A stretch of DNA of 48,576 nucleotides from a virus (taxonomy: Duplodnaviria; Caudoviricetes), in IMG/VR virus record IMGVR_UViG_3300030372_001698, positions 1-48,576 of that record; one strand, 5' to 3'. Of this stretch, positions 7,593 to 20,800 are shown piece after piece. The notes below the pieces were generated by a model, which worked only from the letters and a program-made list of their open reading frames with translations, was not told the DNA's origin and ran no database searches. The position numbers and the translations under genes were made by a program. Numbering within the stretch: position 1 is the stretch's first letter; each line of letters opens with the position of its first letter.

Positions 7593-7821
7593 ACATAGAA
7601 TTACTGGCATGAAACCAGGTGAGGTACAACACATAAAAAACGATCACGGTGAATATTTGTTAGTACATCTTGTACACTATAAAGGTGATTATGGTTATGA
7701 ATTTGTAGATTTAAATAAAACCGTAGCAGGTGTTATTGAATATTCTGAAAATCATAATACCATGATGCAAGATGCTGTTGATGATAAAACACGTGATTAT
7801 AATAATGATAACCAGGAGTAA
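7558..7821 (+). CDS. hypothetical protein (87 aa, TTG start)
   Basis: AAGGAGG RBS upstream of TTG. Confidence 0.7.
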   Translation: MEKPKAKKMPSEHRITGMKPGEVQHIKNDHGEYLLVHLVHYKGDYGYEFVDLNKTVAGVIEYSENHNTMMQDAVDDKTRDYNNDNQE

Positions 7822-7823
7822 TA

Positions 7824-8348
7824 ATGGCTATTACGGGTACTAAAGTTGCTAATAGTGGCAACAATAATAATAACTATTTTATTAACAAATGTAAAGTTAC
7901 TGAAGTAGTTCAACAAGATTCACAATACAATGATACAACGTTAAAAGTTACATTGGAAGATGAAAGAAATGGGTATAGTTATACTTGTTTTATAAATCAA
8001 AACTTTGAAAAAGATACAAATGGTATTGTAACTGATTTAAAGTTTCCAGATGATGTAAATACATTGTATTTAGCAGCTGGTAAAGACTTAAATGTATCAG
8101 ATGTAGGTGAAATCAATGTAGATGTATTAAAAGATGCAGAAGTTGCATGTATAAGTTATGAATCTACAGGTAAATACAAAAGAGCAATCTGGAGTGTAAT
8201 GTCGTCTTGGGATAAAACTGATGACTTGGAAGCTAAATTTAAAGCACAAGTAGCAAAAGGATATCCTAAAAACTACAAGAAAAGTACAGGTTCTGTTGGC
8301 GTACCAGAAGTACAAGAACAAACTAATCTTGATGACTTGCCATTCTAA
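7824..8348 (+). CDS. single-stranded DNA-binding protein
   Basis: beta-rich body, acidic C-terminus DDLPF, replication-module context. Confidence 0.75.
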   Translation: MAITGTKVANSGNNNNNYFINKCKVTEVVQQDSQYNDTTLKVTLEDERNGYSYTCFINQNFEKDTNGIVTDLKFPDDVNTLYLAAGKDLNVSDVGEINVDVLKDAEVACISYESTGKYKRAIWSVMSSWDKTDDLEAKFKAQVAKGYPKNYKKSTGSVGVPEVQEQTNLDDLPF

Positions 8349-8608
8349 TGACTGCTAAAAAAATAGTTCTTTTATGGTTGTCAAACCAACTAAAGAACAG
8401 ATCTAAAGTCTTCTATAGTTACGATTTTGAAAATCAAATAGGTAATTATGGAAGACTTGCTCATCAAAAAGTACATACGCCAAGTACTTACAGTAGAGCA
8501 TTTAGAGCTATTCGTTCAAGTAATGATTTAGAACGAATGGGCTTAACGTTAACAGAAATAGAATCGAAAGGTAATGCAAAAGGATGGAAAATAGCAAAGC
8601 TATCGTAG
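8348..8608 (+). CDS. hypothetical, possibly winged-helix DNA-binding protein
   Basis: TAATG coupling; TPSTYSRAFR helix followed by a beta hairpin. Confidence 0.6.
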   Translation: MTAKKIVLLWLSNQLKNRSKVFYSYDFENQIGNYGRLAHQKVHTPSTYSRAFRAIRSSNDLERMGLTLTEIESKGNAKGWKIAKLS

Positions 8609-10386
8609 AAATTGTAATAGGTGAAATCAAAAATAGAAATGTTGTTGATGACATGACAAATTACAATGTTCTTATAGAGAATAATGCATTTAAAAAAGAA
8701 ATGTATCGTTCTTACTATCATTTTGACGATTCATTTCGTAAACATGTAGAAGAAACTGGTTCTGTAAAAGGATATCAGGGTGCTTGTTATATTGATTATA
8801 TACATTTAGATATTGACAAAGGAGAAATAGATGATAAATCTTTTAATCCTTATGTTATGCAATGTTTATCTGAATTATTAGATAAAGGTGTTATGGCAGA
8901 AGATATCAATGTATGGTTTAGTGGCAGTGGATATCATATAAAAATTAAAAATGTATTTGGTTTACAACCAAGTAAAGAATTACATACAAAATTAAAATTA
9001 ACATTAGAAAAACATTTTAGTTTTGGTGATTCTATATATGATAAAACACGTATTATTCGTAGTGAATGGTCTTTAAATACCAAAACAGGTTTATATAAAG
9101 TATTTGTTCCTATGAATTTGTTACAAGATTATACTTATAATCAAATTAAAAAGTTTGCAAGTAGTAAAACAGCATACAGTAGATGGTCTAAAAAGTATGA
9201 CGGATTTTATGATAGTAAATTCGTAAAAAATGACATACAATTTGATCCATATTTACAATCAATGATAGTTGCTTCACCTACGTTAGCACCAGTTACAAAT
9301 GGTAATAGTAGAAAAGGTGATGTTTCTAATGTTGTTTCTTGCATGCAACATGTTTACAACGAAGGACCAGTTAAAGGTTCTCGTAATATGAAGTTAATGC
9401 GTATGGCTAGTTCATACAAACGTTCTGGAGTGCCATATTTAGTAGCTTTAAATGGGTTATTAACATGGGCAAACGGAACATTACCAGATAATGAAGTAAT
9501 AAGATCTGTAGGTAATACCTACGAAGGCAATTATGTTTATAGTTGCAAAGATCATATTATGGCAGAATATTGTGACCCAAAATGTGTATACTTTAAAAAC
9601 AAAGATTTTGTTTTAGAAATTAATAGTATTGATATATTAGAACAAAATTTAAGAAACTACATTAATGACGATTTAACAGAACGTTCTATTGATGTAGGTA
9701 ATATGTTTAGTATGCCATCATATAACTTTAAACCAGGGGAACTAGTCGTATTCTCTGGTGATACAGGTATGGGTAAATCAGCATTTGTTCAATATGTGGT
9801 AACAAAGGCAATGAAAAATGTATTGTATTTATCATTAGAAATGAAAGAAGAACTTACCTTCAGACGTTTCGGTCAAATGGCTATAGGTAAAACACAAGAA
9901 TGGATCAATAATAAATATAAAACAGATCCAGAGTTTACGTTAAAAGATAAGTTAGAACATATACAACTTATGACTATAGCACCAAGAATAGATTCAATAA
10001 AGAAAATAGTTGCAGAATATCAACCGAATGTATTAGTAATAGATACAGCTGATGAAGTTCAAGTAGACTTCAACAGAGGTGAAATAGAAAAACAAAATAT
10101 TGTTATTGATGGGTTAAAACAAATAGCTCAAAAGAATAATATTATAATTATTGCTGTTTCACACCTTAATAAAACAAGTGCTGCTAGTAATGTAGTAGCA
10201 TTACATTCTTTAAAAGGTTCATCTAATCTAGTGCAAAAAGCGGATAAAGTATTAGTTATTAAAGGTGAAAGAACAGAAAAAGTAAGAACTATATCTTCTG
10301 AAAAATCAAGAGATGAAGATCGTTTTGAAATGACTGTATTCTTTAACACTGATAATTTTACATTCCGTAAACTAAACGAAAGTTAA
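8584..10386 (+). CDS. primase-helicase (AEP-type primase plus SF4/RecA-like helicase)
   Basis: HLDID, FSGSGYH, YDKTRIIR primase motifs; Cys cluster; Walker A GDTGMGKS; LSLEM; VIDT; SHLNK; LKGSS. Confidence 0.88.
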   Translation: MENSKAIVEIVIGEIKNRNVVDDMTNYNVLIENNAFKKEMYRSYYHFDDSFRKHVEETGSVKGYQGACYIDYIHLDIDKGEIDDKSFNPYVMQCLSELLDKGVMAEDINVWFSGSGYHIKIKNVFGLQPSKELHTKLKLTLEKHFSFGDSIYDKTRIIRSEWSLNTKTGLYKVFVPMNLLQDYTYNQIKKFASSKTAYSRWSKKYDGFYDSKFVKNDIQFDPYLQSMIVASPTLAPVTNGNSRKGDVSNVVSCMQHVYNEGPVKGSRNMKLMRMASSYKRSGVPYLVALNGLLTWANGTLPDNEVIRSVGNTYEGNYVYSCKDHIMAEYCDPKCVYFKNKDFVLEINSIDILEQNLRNYINDDLTERSIDVGNMFSMPSYNFKPGELVVFSGDTGMGKSAFVQYVVTKAMKNVLYLSLEMKEELTFRRFGQMAIGKTQEWINNKYKTDPEFTLKDKLEHIQLMTIAPRIDSIKKIVAEYQPNVLVIDTADEVQVDFNRGEIEKQNIVIDGLKQIAQKNNIIIIAVSHLNKTSAASNVVALHSLKGSSNLVQKADKVLVIKGERTEKVRTISSEKSRDEDRFEMTVFFNTDNFTFRKLNES

Positions 10387-10388
10387 AT

Positions 10389-10613
10389 ATGTTTAAATTA
10401 ATAAATAACCGTGAACCTATGTTAGGACAAAGACAATTAGGATTTTATGTATGGATATTCAAATTGTTATTTACTTTACATAAGTTTGCAGGTACATCTA
10501 TAAGTATTGTATTTGCAATTCACAAGTTTAGAGTATCTTTTATGATTGGTACTATAAATATGGAGGAATTGTTTGGAAAAACAAAACGTAAAGGCAAAAC
10601 TTATGACGCATAA
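10389..10613 (+). CDS. hypothetical hydrophobic protein (74 aa)
   Basis: ORF packed between helicase and resolvase. Confidence 0.6.
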   Translation: MFKLINNREPMLGQRQLGFYVWIFKLLFTLHKFAGTSISIVFAIHKFRVSFMIGTINMEELFGKTKRKGKTYDA

Positions 10614-10944
10614 AAACAAGATACGTGGAAACAATCTTGAACGTGAATGTGTTAATGCAGCTAAAGATGCTGGGCTCTCTGCAAAGAGGGCCTATGCCTC
10701 TGACGGTAGAGCATTAGGCAAATCAGAACAAGTAGATTGTTTAGTAGAAAGATATACTATACAGGCTAAACGTAAAAAGAAAGTAGCACAATGGTTATAT
10801 CCAGACTACCATAATGATGATGTAAATATAGTTGTTACACGTATGGATAGAAAAGAAGCATTAGCTATATTACCATATAGTGAATGGATTAGATTAATTA
10901 AAATTGAAAAGGAGTATCTTGATGGCAAAGATAAATCTAAGTGA
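10603..10944 (+). CDS. Holliday-junction resolvase-like PD-(D/E)xK nuclease
   Basis: KNKIRGNNLERE...VD...IQAKRKK; ATG 10603 preferred, TTG 10573 possible. Confidence 0.75.
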   Translation: MTHKNKIRGNNLERECVNAAKDAGLSAKRAYASDGRALGKSEQVDCLVERYTIQAKRKKKVAQWLYPDYHNDDVNIVVTRMDRKEALAILPYSEWIRLIKIEKEYLDGKDKSK

Positions 10945-11131
10945 AAAAGAAGGTGTTATGATAATTAAACTTGCAAGTAAAATTATTAGAGCATTAGAAG
11001 AAGATCTAAAAGAAGAAACACGTAATAAAACTTTACGCAAATCTGAAGATGTTGAAGAAGGTTTTGATGAAAGAGACTTTGATGATAAAAGCACTGATGG
11101 TTACGTAAATGCAAGTGGAGGCTATGAGTAA
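10922..11131 (+). CDS. hypothetical acidic protein
   Basis: AAGGAG RBS before ATG 10922. Confidence 0.65.
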   Translation: MAKINLSEKEGVMIIKLASKIIRALEEDLKEETRNKTLRKSEDVEEGFDERDFDDKSTDGYVNASGGYE

Positions 11132-11295
11132 TGGCAAAAGAAAAGGTAAGTAAAAACTTTTTAGATTTTTACAATCCAGCTGAACTAATGATTGTAAAGG
11201 CTGCCCTTTTAAATTATAGAAAGGCACCTTTTGTTGGTGAAACTGAAAAAAACATGATTGAAGAAATACTTAAAAGAATTAACCAAGATAATTAA
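11131..11295 (+). CDS. hypothetical protein (54 aa, MAKEKVSKNF...)
   Basis: GGAGG RBS, TAATG coupling, not in ORF track. Confidence 0.7.
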   Translation: MAKEKVSKNFLDFYNPAELMIVKAALLNYRKAPFVGETEKNMIEEILKRINQDN

Positions 11296-11297
11296 TA

Positions 11298-11423
11298 TTA
11301 TCCCCCCGATATTAACACGCTTTAAAAGGAGGCGGGTAGGTGAAAACCCTATTTATCCCTTATAATAAAGCAAATACACTTGGTTGGCACTGATGTATAT
11401 AATATATTAACTAGGGGGGATAA
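11298..11423 (+). other. IR-closed element containing an SD-led 17-aa ORF (11340-11393)
   Basis: TTATCCCCCC (11298-11307)/GGGGGGATAA (11414-11423); AAGGAGG 11326-11332 then GTG. Confidence 0.45.
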
Positions 11424-11436
11424 GATTGGAGATAAA

Positions 11437-11703
11437 ATGAAAGATGATGCTTGGGATATAAAAAAAGAAGGCAAATTAAATAAAGGCAATATTGTATTTA
11501 CCAAAGAAATAAAAGAAATGGTAGATAGTATTAAAGATTGTGGTCCACAAGAAATAGAAGAAGATCCAGGTTTATTAGTATGCATTGTATGTAATACTGG
11601 TAGCAACCCTATGGGAGAAGCTTTTGAATGTGGAGATATCTTCGTAGGATATTGTCAAGGATGTGGAGATCACGGTGAATTTGTTTACGAAAGAGATTTA
11701 TGA
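11437..11703 (+). CDS. zinc-ribbon protein
   Basis: GGAG RBS before ATG 11437; CIVC...CQGC. Confidence 0.7.
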   Translation: MKDDAWDIKKEGKLNKGNIVFTKEIKEMVDSIKDCGPQEIEEDPGLLVCIVCNTGSNPMGEAFECGDIFVGYCQGCGDHGEFVYERDL

Positions 11704-11734
11704 CACGTACATTCCTATGTGTTGTTAGTAAAAG

Positions 11735-11764
11735 AGGTAGGTTGTATTAAATTACGACCTACCT
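11735..11764. terminator. hairpin between the convergent early and late arms
   Basis: AGGTAGGTTGTA-ttaaat-TACGACCTACCT. Confidence 0.6.
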
Positions 11765-11866
11765 TGCCCTTTGAAGAAAAAAAGATTACGAGAATGCACA
11801 CACACGGCATTTAAATTTTTTTTTAAAGGTAACATAAGCAAAACAAAACAAGACTCGATTAAAGCA

Positions 11867-14800
11867 TCAAATAGAGCCTGATTCTTCATCTTCATCAATT
11901 TTGTCTAAATCTGGGCGTTTTCCAAGCCTTGCAAACCTATGCACTGGTATTCCAAAGATCCACTCTGCCCACATTTCTGGTGTATCTGCAGTTCTTAGAA
12001 CATCTCTACCTAATCTACCAAAAGGAAATGCTGTTGCAGCTGTATATTTCCAAAATGCTTCAAAGTCGTTGTTAATTAAACTTGTAGTAGGTCCTAATAT
12101 AAATCTAGCTGCAGGTGGAGTTACAATAGATAAAGGAGATAATAACGGATGTCCATACTGATTGTAAAATGCTCTTTCTTTTTCTTCTTGCGAACCAAAC
12201 ATTAAGTGTGACGCATCAACAGCCCAACTCATTGGTGGTGATAATGCATATTCAAACATAGAAGCTAAAAATACAGTACCAAGAGCTGATACCATAAGGT
12301 CAGCACTTAATTGTCTTTCAAATCTTTTATTAGCATCAAAGTTTCCATATCCTTCTGTTAACATATAATCTGTAATAAGATTTGCTCTTCTTCTAATACT
12401 ATTCCAACTATAAGGATGGAATCTTGTCATAATTCTACCAAATGCTGTATTAGCAAAATTAGGTCTATTTGTTGCGTGATATATAAACTGCGTAGCTTCA
12501 ATACCTTTCTGTGCATATTCTAATAAAAATTGTTCAGATACTTCTACTTGCCCTCTAGAGTCTGTCATTAATGAACGTGCTTTTAAATAATGTGCTATAG
12601 CAGTTTTGATACGCAAATGTCTTTCTGTACTACTCATAGCCAAAGAACCTAAATCTAATAGTTTTTTATTAATACCAAACTTTTTGGCTGCTTCACTAAC
12701 AGTTAATTGTTCTTGTATAATCTGATCACGTTTTGTTTGATTACGTGCATTAGTATTAGCATCTTTAGTATATACTGGTAATTTTTGAAAAGCTTCTGCT
12801 ATTTTAGGACCAGCAACATTTACAAAACTTTGCCAATCTGTATCTGTAGCAGGTCTTAAATATGCTAATTCATTAATAATGTTAGATTCTAAAAAACCAA
12901 AACTTTCAAAATACGTATGTATATCTTTTTTGCTACGTATAGGTCTTGTAATACGTTGATTTGTTACAGGATCAACCTCTGATATTGTTTTATCTCTAAA
13001 CACTTCTAATAATTTTTTCTCACTAAATGTATCTAAATAAAACTGAAAACCAACATCCGTTATAAGATTTGTAGTACCACCATATAAATTAGCTAAAGCT
13101 GATTTAGGGTGTGCAAGCAATGACATCATTTCAAACTTACCTTCTATGTCTGATATCCAATTAAGTTTATTAACCATAGCTTGATGTCTTGCAGAAGGAT
13201 CATTTGGCAAATCTTTCATTATTTGTATTCTGCCATCTGTTAAATGTCCTAATAATTTATTAGCTTTTTGTTCTAATCTTAAAAATACATTACCAACAGT
13301 TTCTTCACTGTAAAATCCTCTAAACGATTTTCTAATACCAGTTATATCAATATTATCTCTGTTTATAGTTGTTTTACCATCAACACCTTTTTTAAATATA
13401 AAATCATTTCTATATTCCAATGTTCTTTCTCTAATCATACCATCGGTACTTTTACCACGATCAAACCTTACAACATCTCCATTAGTTTTTATAATAGTAT
13501 TTTCTGCATAATCTATTTGAGATATATCATCTCTTTTAATTATTTTTCCTTTAGTATTTATGTATTGTCCAAATAATTGTTTTCTAATTTTGTATACTAT
13601 TTTCTTTTTTGCTTTTTTAAATGATTCAGCTCTTATTTTTTCTGCTGCATTAATTTGTTTACGTGTAGGTTTAACTTTCTTTTTTGTTTTTGGGTCTATA
13701 TATGTAAATTCTGGATCATTAATTTTTTTTATTGATTCTTTAAAGTTATATTCTAAATCTTTTAAACCAGAGTTTGCATACAATTCATTTTGCATAGAAC
13801 GTATTTCAGATTCACTAGGTCTTGTATACATTCTAAAATCATTAAGCAATTTTTTATTAATAATATCGCCTTCTTTTGTTGCAAAATGCATGCTATAACC
13901 AGATTTTGCATATCTTTCTAACAATTTCATATCTTTTTCTGTGACACCATGTAGTTGCATACTTCTCGTACTAGGCATATTCATATACCCTTTTGTAATA
14001 TCTACAATCTTATGCAACCATTGTCTACCTACGTCAGCATCTATTCTCTTATTACCAGGTAATACTTTATTTTTAAAATTAGATATATGTAATCTTGCAG
14101 TCAATGCTGCTTGTTGACTTGTAACTCCAATAGAACTTGTTTTAATATATCTTGTATATGCTTCTGATGTAATATCATACCCTTCTACAGGTATAGGAGC
14201 TCTTCTTCTTACAGTGCTAAACTTTCCTACACCAGGAGCATCTATGCCACCAGTTCTTGTAGATATGTTCATTAGTCTGTCAAAAGTAACTCCGTCATAA
14301 AAATCATTATTATATTGTTCTGGATTGTTAATTAATTTATTAACCATATTTCTATAAAGAGCATCAGCAGCATCTTTTTTGGTAATAAAGCCACGTTCGT
14401 AAGATCTGTACAAATCAGTACTTTGTACTTTTAATTGTCCTTCTGAAAGTCCAGTCGATGCTTTATATCTACCTATAACCTCTCCACGTTTAAAAGCTTC
14501 TATATCTATTTCTTCAAAAGTTCTATATGTTTCTTTGGTTTTTTTATTATAAAGCTCTCCATATAAACGCAATGTTTCTCGTGGTATATGGTCATTTTGT
14601 ACAAACTCTAAATAAGCTTTAGTTTTGGGGTGATATAAGGGATGATATCTATCACTAAACCTAGACCCGTTTACTTCTTCAGTACCAATAAAACCGATAA
14701 AACTATTTTCTAATTTATTATTATTAGTTTCACGTATAAAATTTCTCATTTCATCTAACATAGTTCCTTTAACTTTGTCTGATTTAACTCTACGTAATTT

Positions 14801-17800
14801 TGCATAATCTAAGTCTATTGAACCATCTTTTTTTACAGTTCCATATTTTTCTAATGCAAGATCACGTATATCTAATTGAAACTCTATCCATGTTATATCT
14901 TCTGTATGAAAATGTCTACGTAAAGTATTCTTACCTTCAGCTAATCTTCTGTCGTTTAAATTATATGTTTCAATAAACATAACTCTATCAGGATTTATTA
15001 CACCTTCTTTATCCAAAAACAATTCAGATAGTTTTCTATGTTTATATTCAGAACTATTAATATCAGTAACTAAATCTTCACCTTTTTTGATGTTGTAAAA
15101 TCTGTTAAAGTTAAAAATTCCCCCGCCAAAATCTCCTTTTACAAAATTTTCTCCACCAATAATTTTTTCTAATTCAACCCAATTACTTTCATGCATAAGT
15201 GCAAAAGACTCAGTCATCTGTCTTGTATATACATCTTTTAATAAATCAACGTATTCTCTTGGGGTATAATCTTTTGATTTTTGTTCTCCAATACCTTTTA
15301 CTCTAAATTTAAGGTCTGGATTCTTTTTTACAAAATCTTCTAATTTTTTTGTATATATTCTTACGTTCTTTTTTAAATTTTGTATAGATTGATCTGCTTC
15401 AAATTCTCTAGGTCCTCTTTGATCTGGACCTAATTGTCTTTCGTATGCAGCTAAACCTTCTAAAATGTCTTTAGCTTTTTTATAGTCAGATATATTTTCT
15501 GGTTCAATAAGTTTTAATTTTCCTTTAAAATCAGCTTCTATAGCTTCTTTTAATGTATTACCTCTAGTATTAGCAGATCCAATACTTTGACCAATACTTT
15601 CTACTGTTGTAGTAGGTATTCTAACACCAACATCTTTTAACAGTCCACCTTTTGTAACTTTAGCTGTGCCTATTTTATATGTTTTTTCTACCTTTTCAAA
15701 CATTTTACTAATTTCAGAAGGAAACATTAAATCTGTATCAAATTCAGGTGGCATAATTTTTTCACCACTTTCTTTTTCCATTTCTTTTATTTCTTTTATA
15801 TACTCTTTATGTATAGCTTTTCTAGCTCCCCATTCTTTCCAGCTTGTCATATATCTATTTTCTAATATGTTGCTAAAAACTCTTAAATGATTGTAATCTA
15901 CCAAAGGAGCTTCTGTTTTAGGATCTATTTCTACTCCAGAAATAACGTTTAATTTTTCAAATGATTTTAAATAAATACTAGATAAATCTAATACGTGAGC
16001 AGTATTACCATGTAACACCATTTTTGTTAAAATATCTTCAAACCTGTCAAGTTCTTTAATTAACGCTTCTGGTGCCATTTTATATTTTTTTTCTATTTCT
16101 TTATCAAGTTTACCTAATTGGTTTTGTATTTCTTTTTTAAAATTCTTTGCTTTACCCAAAGCTTCCCAATCTGTTAACTGAGAAGCAAACCTACCATTAC
16201 TTAATGCTACTATTTTATTATCAGCTACAACCCCTGGACCGTCTACATCTTTAATTTTTTGTGCTCCTGGCAAATTAACCATATCATATAATTTACTTTC
16301 CATTCTAGTAGGAGTAGGTTCTTGAACAGCTTCAAGCATATCAAATTCATATTTATATATATCTCGTTTTACTTCTTTAGATATAGCAGCATTACGTGCC
16401 ATATTATTTATACCTTCAGGTTGAAAACGTAATAATTCATATTCTAAGTTACCTAATTTTGCTTTTAACCTATCATACTTTTGCCTGTCTGTAAAACTCC
16501 ATTTGTCCATATCTATAGTATTTTTTCTTTTACCTTTAGACTTATTACCATTAATATATCTCATAATATTTCTAATTTCATTTCTAGTTACTATAATTCT
16601 TTTTTGTAATTTTTGTAAATTTGCACCTATTTCTTTTGGCATAGCATTAAAATTTAAATGTAACGCAGGGTTTGCTTCATGCCAGTACTCAAACAATCTA
16701 ACTACTTCTTTATTAATTCTTGCCTTAGCACTATCTGGTATTTCTGTTCCTAGATTTTTATCTGCATAATAATTCATAAGATCTTTTTGTAATCGTTCTT
16801 TACTCATCATTACCAATTCAGGATAACTCATTCTATCAGGCATATTTTTAGAACCAAATGCAAATCTTCTTAGCTTAGCATCAGATGCTCCACTATACAT
16901 AAACTTTTGATATTGTGCAGTATGTATTAATTCTTTAACAAAACTATCTAATTGTCCACGTGACATACCAGTATACTCTCTTAACACCGCATGTATACTT
17001 TTATCTCCCAAGTCTTTATGTGTTTTGTCAAAAAAATCATATGTTTTTTCCAGAGCTTTTAATACACGAATAGGATTCATTTTGTTATATAAAAAGTGCG
17101 GATTGTTTAATATAGCTTTTTTTTCTTGTTTAGTTAACAACGAATCATTAAATATAATATTATCATATACAGCTTTATTGTCTATACCAAATGCTTTAGC
17201 ATACGGATCTTTTTCTAAAATATTATTAACCTCTCTCATAACGCCGTATATATTATTCTTTTTCATACCAACCAAAGGATCTACTTTTAAAGTTAAATCC
17301 TTAATATTTTCAGCTAATAAACTGGATATAGTACGATCATTTCCTTGTCTAGCTAACATCTTATCTGCTTCTTTTCCGTAATCAGCAATATCACCTTTCA
17401 TCAATCCTTTAATAAACTTATTATAAAACTTTACTTCTCTTTTACGAGTGTTAATATTGTATGTGTCGTAAAGATATTCTTGTGCTTTTTGTACATACTT
17501 AAATGCACTGTCTATACTTGTTACTTCAGATGCGTCAACAAATCTATTACCAATCCCAGCGTTTAATCTTGCAATAGTTTGCCATATTTCTAATTTTTCT
17601 GCTTGAGTTAAATCTGTTCTACGTTGTAAATCTAAATCTGCAATTTGTTTTATAGCTGTGAATCCATTATCTATAATACCTAAAGAATCTTTACCATAAG
17701 TAGATGCTTCTGCTGCTTTTAATTTATTACCAAGATGAATTATACCGTAAGGTGTCTTATCTGGCTTTGATACATCTATACCTAAAGTTTCAGAAATAAA

Positions 17801-20800
17801 TTCATCATCTTTTAATTTGTGGTCTTCTTTTCTTGTGCTATCTTTAGAAAATTCAAATTGCACATGGTCTTGTTTGTATCCCTCTTTAATATCTCTAGGC
17901 ATACCCCAAGATAAATGAGCACTATCAATATCCTTATCAGCACCACCCAACATCATATCATTTCTACTATTGGTAATAATAGCAAACCCTTTGTCTGCTT
18001 TACCACCAGCAAATCCTACAAACTTTAACGCTCTCATATTACCAGCAGTCATAATAGGAGAACGATTAATAATAGCATATTGAGAATCTAACCATTTTTG
18101 TTTTTGTTCTGGTGTCATTTCTCTAATAAATTTTTTACGTTTATTATTATTTAAAACGTCTCTCATTTGTTGCCACCATTTACCTAATGAAATTTCATTA
18201 CCAGATATAGGGTGTCTTACTTTCATTCTTTTAGCACCAGGCCATAACATAAACTCGTTATCAGCTAAACCTTTTTCGGCAGAACTGTATTGTTGTTTCT
18301 TAAGACTATATTTCCAATCATATGGTGCTAATACAGAAGAATAACTATACTGCACTTGCGGTCTAACAATTCTAGAAATAATATAATTTCTTAATGTTGT
18401 TTCTACAAATTTAGAATTACCACGTTCCATTAGTGATGTTAACGCATAATCTGCGTCTGCTATATGTTGTCCTACATGTCTTTCGTTTAACTGTTCTTGT
18501 ATTGCTTTTTCTGGATCAAGAGTCATATTATGTTTATTTTCATAATATAAATGCTTTATTATACTTTTAAATGCAGGATGTTTTGTTCTATGGGACACTA
18601 CATCATTTATTAAATTTACACTAATTTCATCTATGTTTAAATTATCCCACGATTTATTCTTTTTTAATGCTGTTTCTGCTGCTTTATTTACAGACTCTAC
18701 ACCATCTACATTTTCACTTAATAATTTTTCCCAAGAATCATAAAATTTTCTACCTACATCAGTACTTTTGTCAAACTGTACACCATTAGCATTTAAAAAC
18801 ATTTGTTGCATCATGTTTAATTTACCAGTAACATTTATTTTTTCTCTAATATCTATACTCCAAGTAAAATCTTTTGTTTGCAAATCTGTAGTTTCAGGTT
18901 TGTCGGGATAGATATTTTGTTCTGCTGTAGATTTAGTAGCATCATAATTTTTAGGATTTAATTTATTAACAGGTCGATTATAAAAATGTTTAGCAGATGT
19001 TGTATACATAATAAAGTTTAACCCATGTTTTTTCATATAAGCCATATCAGCTTTATCTGCTCTTGCGTAAGCATATTTACCTATCACAAGGCTTTCACCG
19101 TTTCTAGGGGGTGCATATAAGCTTCCTTTGGCCATTCCTGTGCCTTGATCTCCGCCCATATATTCTACATGTTTATCAAATACTTTATCTGATAATATAA
19201 TGGTACCATCTGTTTCTGATTCATTTATTTTTCCAAGGTTCAAATCTTCTAAAATAATACCTTTCATAGTTTCATCTTTTAATTTAAGTTTTTTACCTTC
19301 TAAAAAAGTAATATCTGACGTATCCATTAATTTTAAATACTTTTGCGACTTAGCTTCGTTTCCATATCCACCTACTTCTTTTTCAGCTCTAAAATATCTT
19401 GGTATTTTTTTTGCTATAGCTGGTAAATTGTTAACATGTAATTCTTGTTGTCTATTTATTAAACCAAGTTCACGCATTCTATATATCATAGTAGCAACTG
19501 TATTAGCTGTAGTTTCTTTATTTAAATTTTTTATATAACCTTCTTGATTTGCATACCACTCTTTACCTTCTTTTGTGCTTAATATTTCTTTGTAAATAGC
19601 GTCATGTAAATTTTTAATAACCTTAGCATTCCAATGATATGGACTTGCTTTTTTACCTTTAGCAGGAGGAGGTGCCCAAGGATATGTTCTAACATCTAAT
19701 CTCCCAGTGTCTGCTACACCGCCGTATATAAACTTTCCTCTTTCATTTAATTGTTCTTTTTCAAACTTTATCCATTGTTTAGTTTTTACATAAGGAGTTA
19801 CTTTCAAGTCTCCTGAATTTTTATCTACATATACTTGTTTAGACAAAGGTGATACCCAAATAGGTTTACCTGTTCCAGAATCATAAACTTGCATATAACT
19901 TATCGTTTCTAATTTCATATTTCTAAAACCTGCAAAATCGTCTCTAATACCAGACGTTAATTTGCTTATATTGTTTCCTTGAGGATCGTCTTTAGGCGTA
20001 GGTTGAGGTTTGCCTACTTCTCTTTGCTGAGGTTTTCCTGTTGTAAAATCAACCATGTAGTCATTTTGCACTTCTCTTAAAAAATCAAATCTTAATGCTA
20101 TTCTTCTAGTTTCATTTAAAGCATTATTATCCCATTGTGTATTTTTATATTTTTTCTTTATTTGTTCTACAAATTTATCAACATCTACAACACGTCTTTC
20201 TGTTCTAGGGTCTATCGTATGAGATTTTTTATCATTTTTTAATTTATTATATATAGATACTGTATCTCCTATAAATTGTTGTTCACTTATTTTTTCTCCG
20301 TATGCAGCTTGTACACGTTTAAATACCTCTGTTAAACTATGAGCAGGGAAATCTACTGTATTACCAGCTTTTTGTTGAGTTACCCAATTATTAGCTTGTG
20401 TTAACCATGTCATATCTACTAACTCATTAGGTTTATATGGCTCTACATCTATATTTATATTGTAGTTAGGGTCTCTTAAATTGTCTCTAAATTGCACTAA
20501 TTCTGACAATAAGTCTAATGCACCTTCCTTAGAAGATTTTCCTTTTAATACAGCGTTTATTTCTTCTTGTCTTATTTTTCCTGTTTTTTCTAACTCTTGT
20601 ACTGCTCTCAAAATTCTTTGTTGTACTAAATCACTTATATGTTCTCTACTTGTTAATTGTTGTTGACGTATAGCATCAAAATGATTTTCCCAATATCTTT
20701 GATAATCTTTGCTTTCTCTTACAAACCAATCTTGTCTTCTTAGTAAAGACAGTTGTTCTTCTTTAGAATTTAATCTATTAAATAAATTTGCATTTATATT

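Noticed and set aside
1659-11606. Minus-strand ORFs in the early arm
   Set aside because: They overlap well-supported plus-strand genes and lack RBSs
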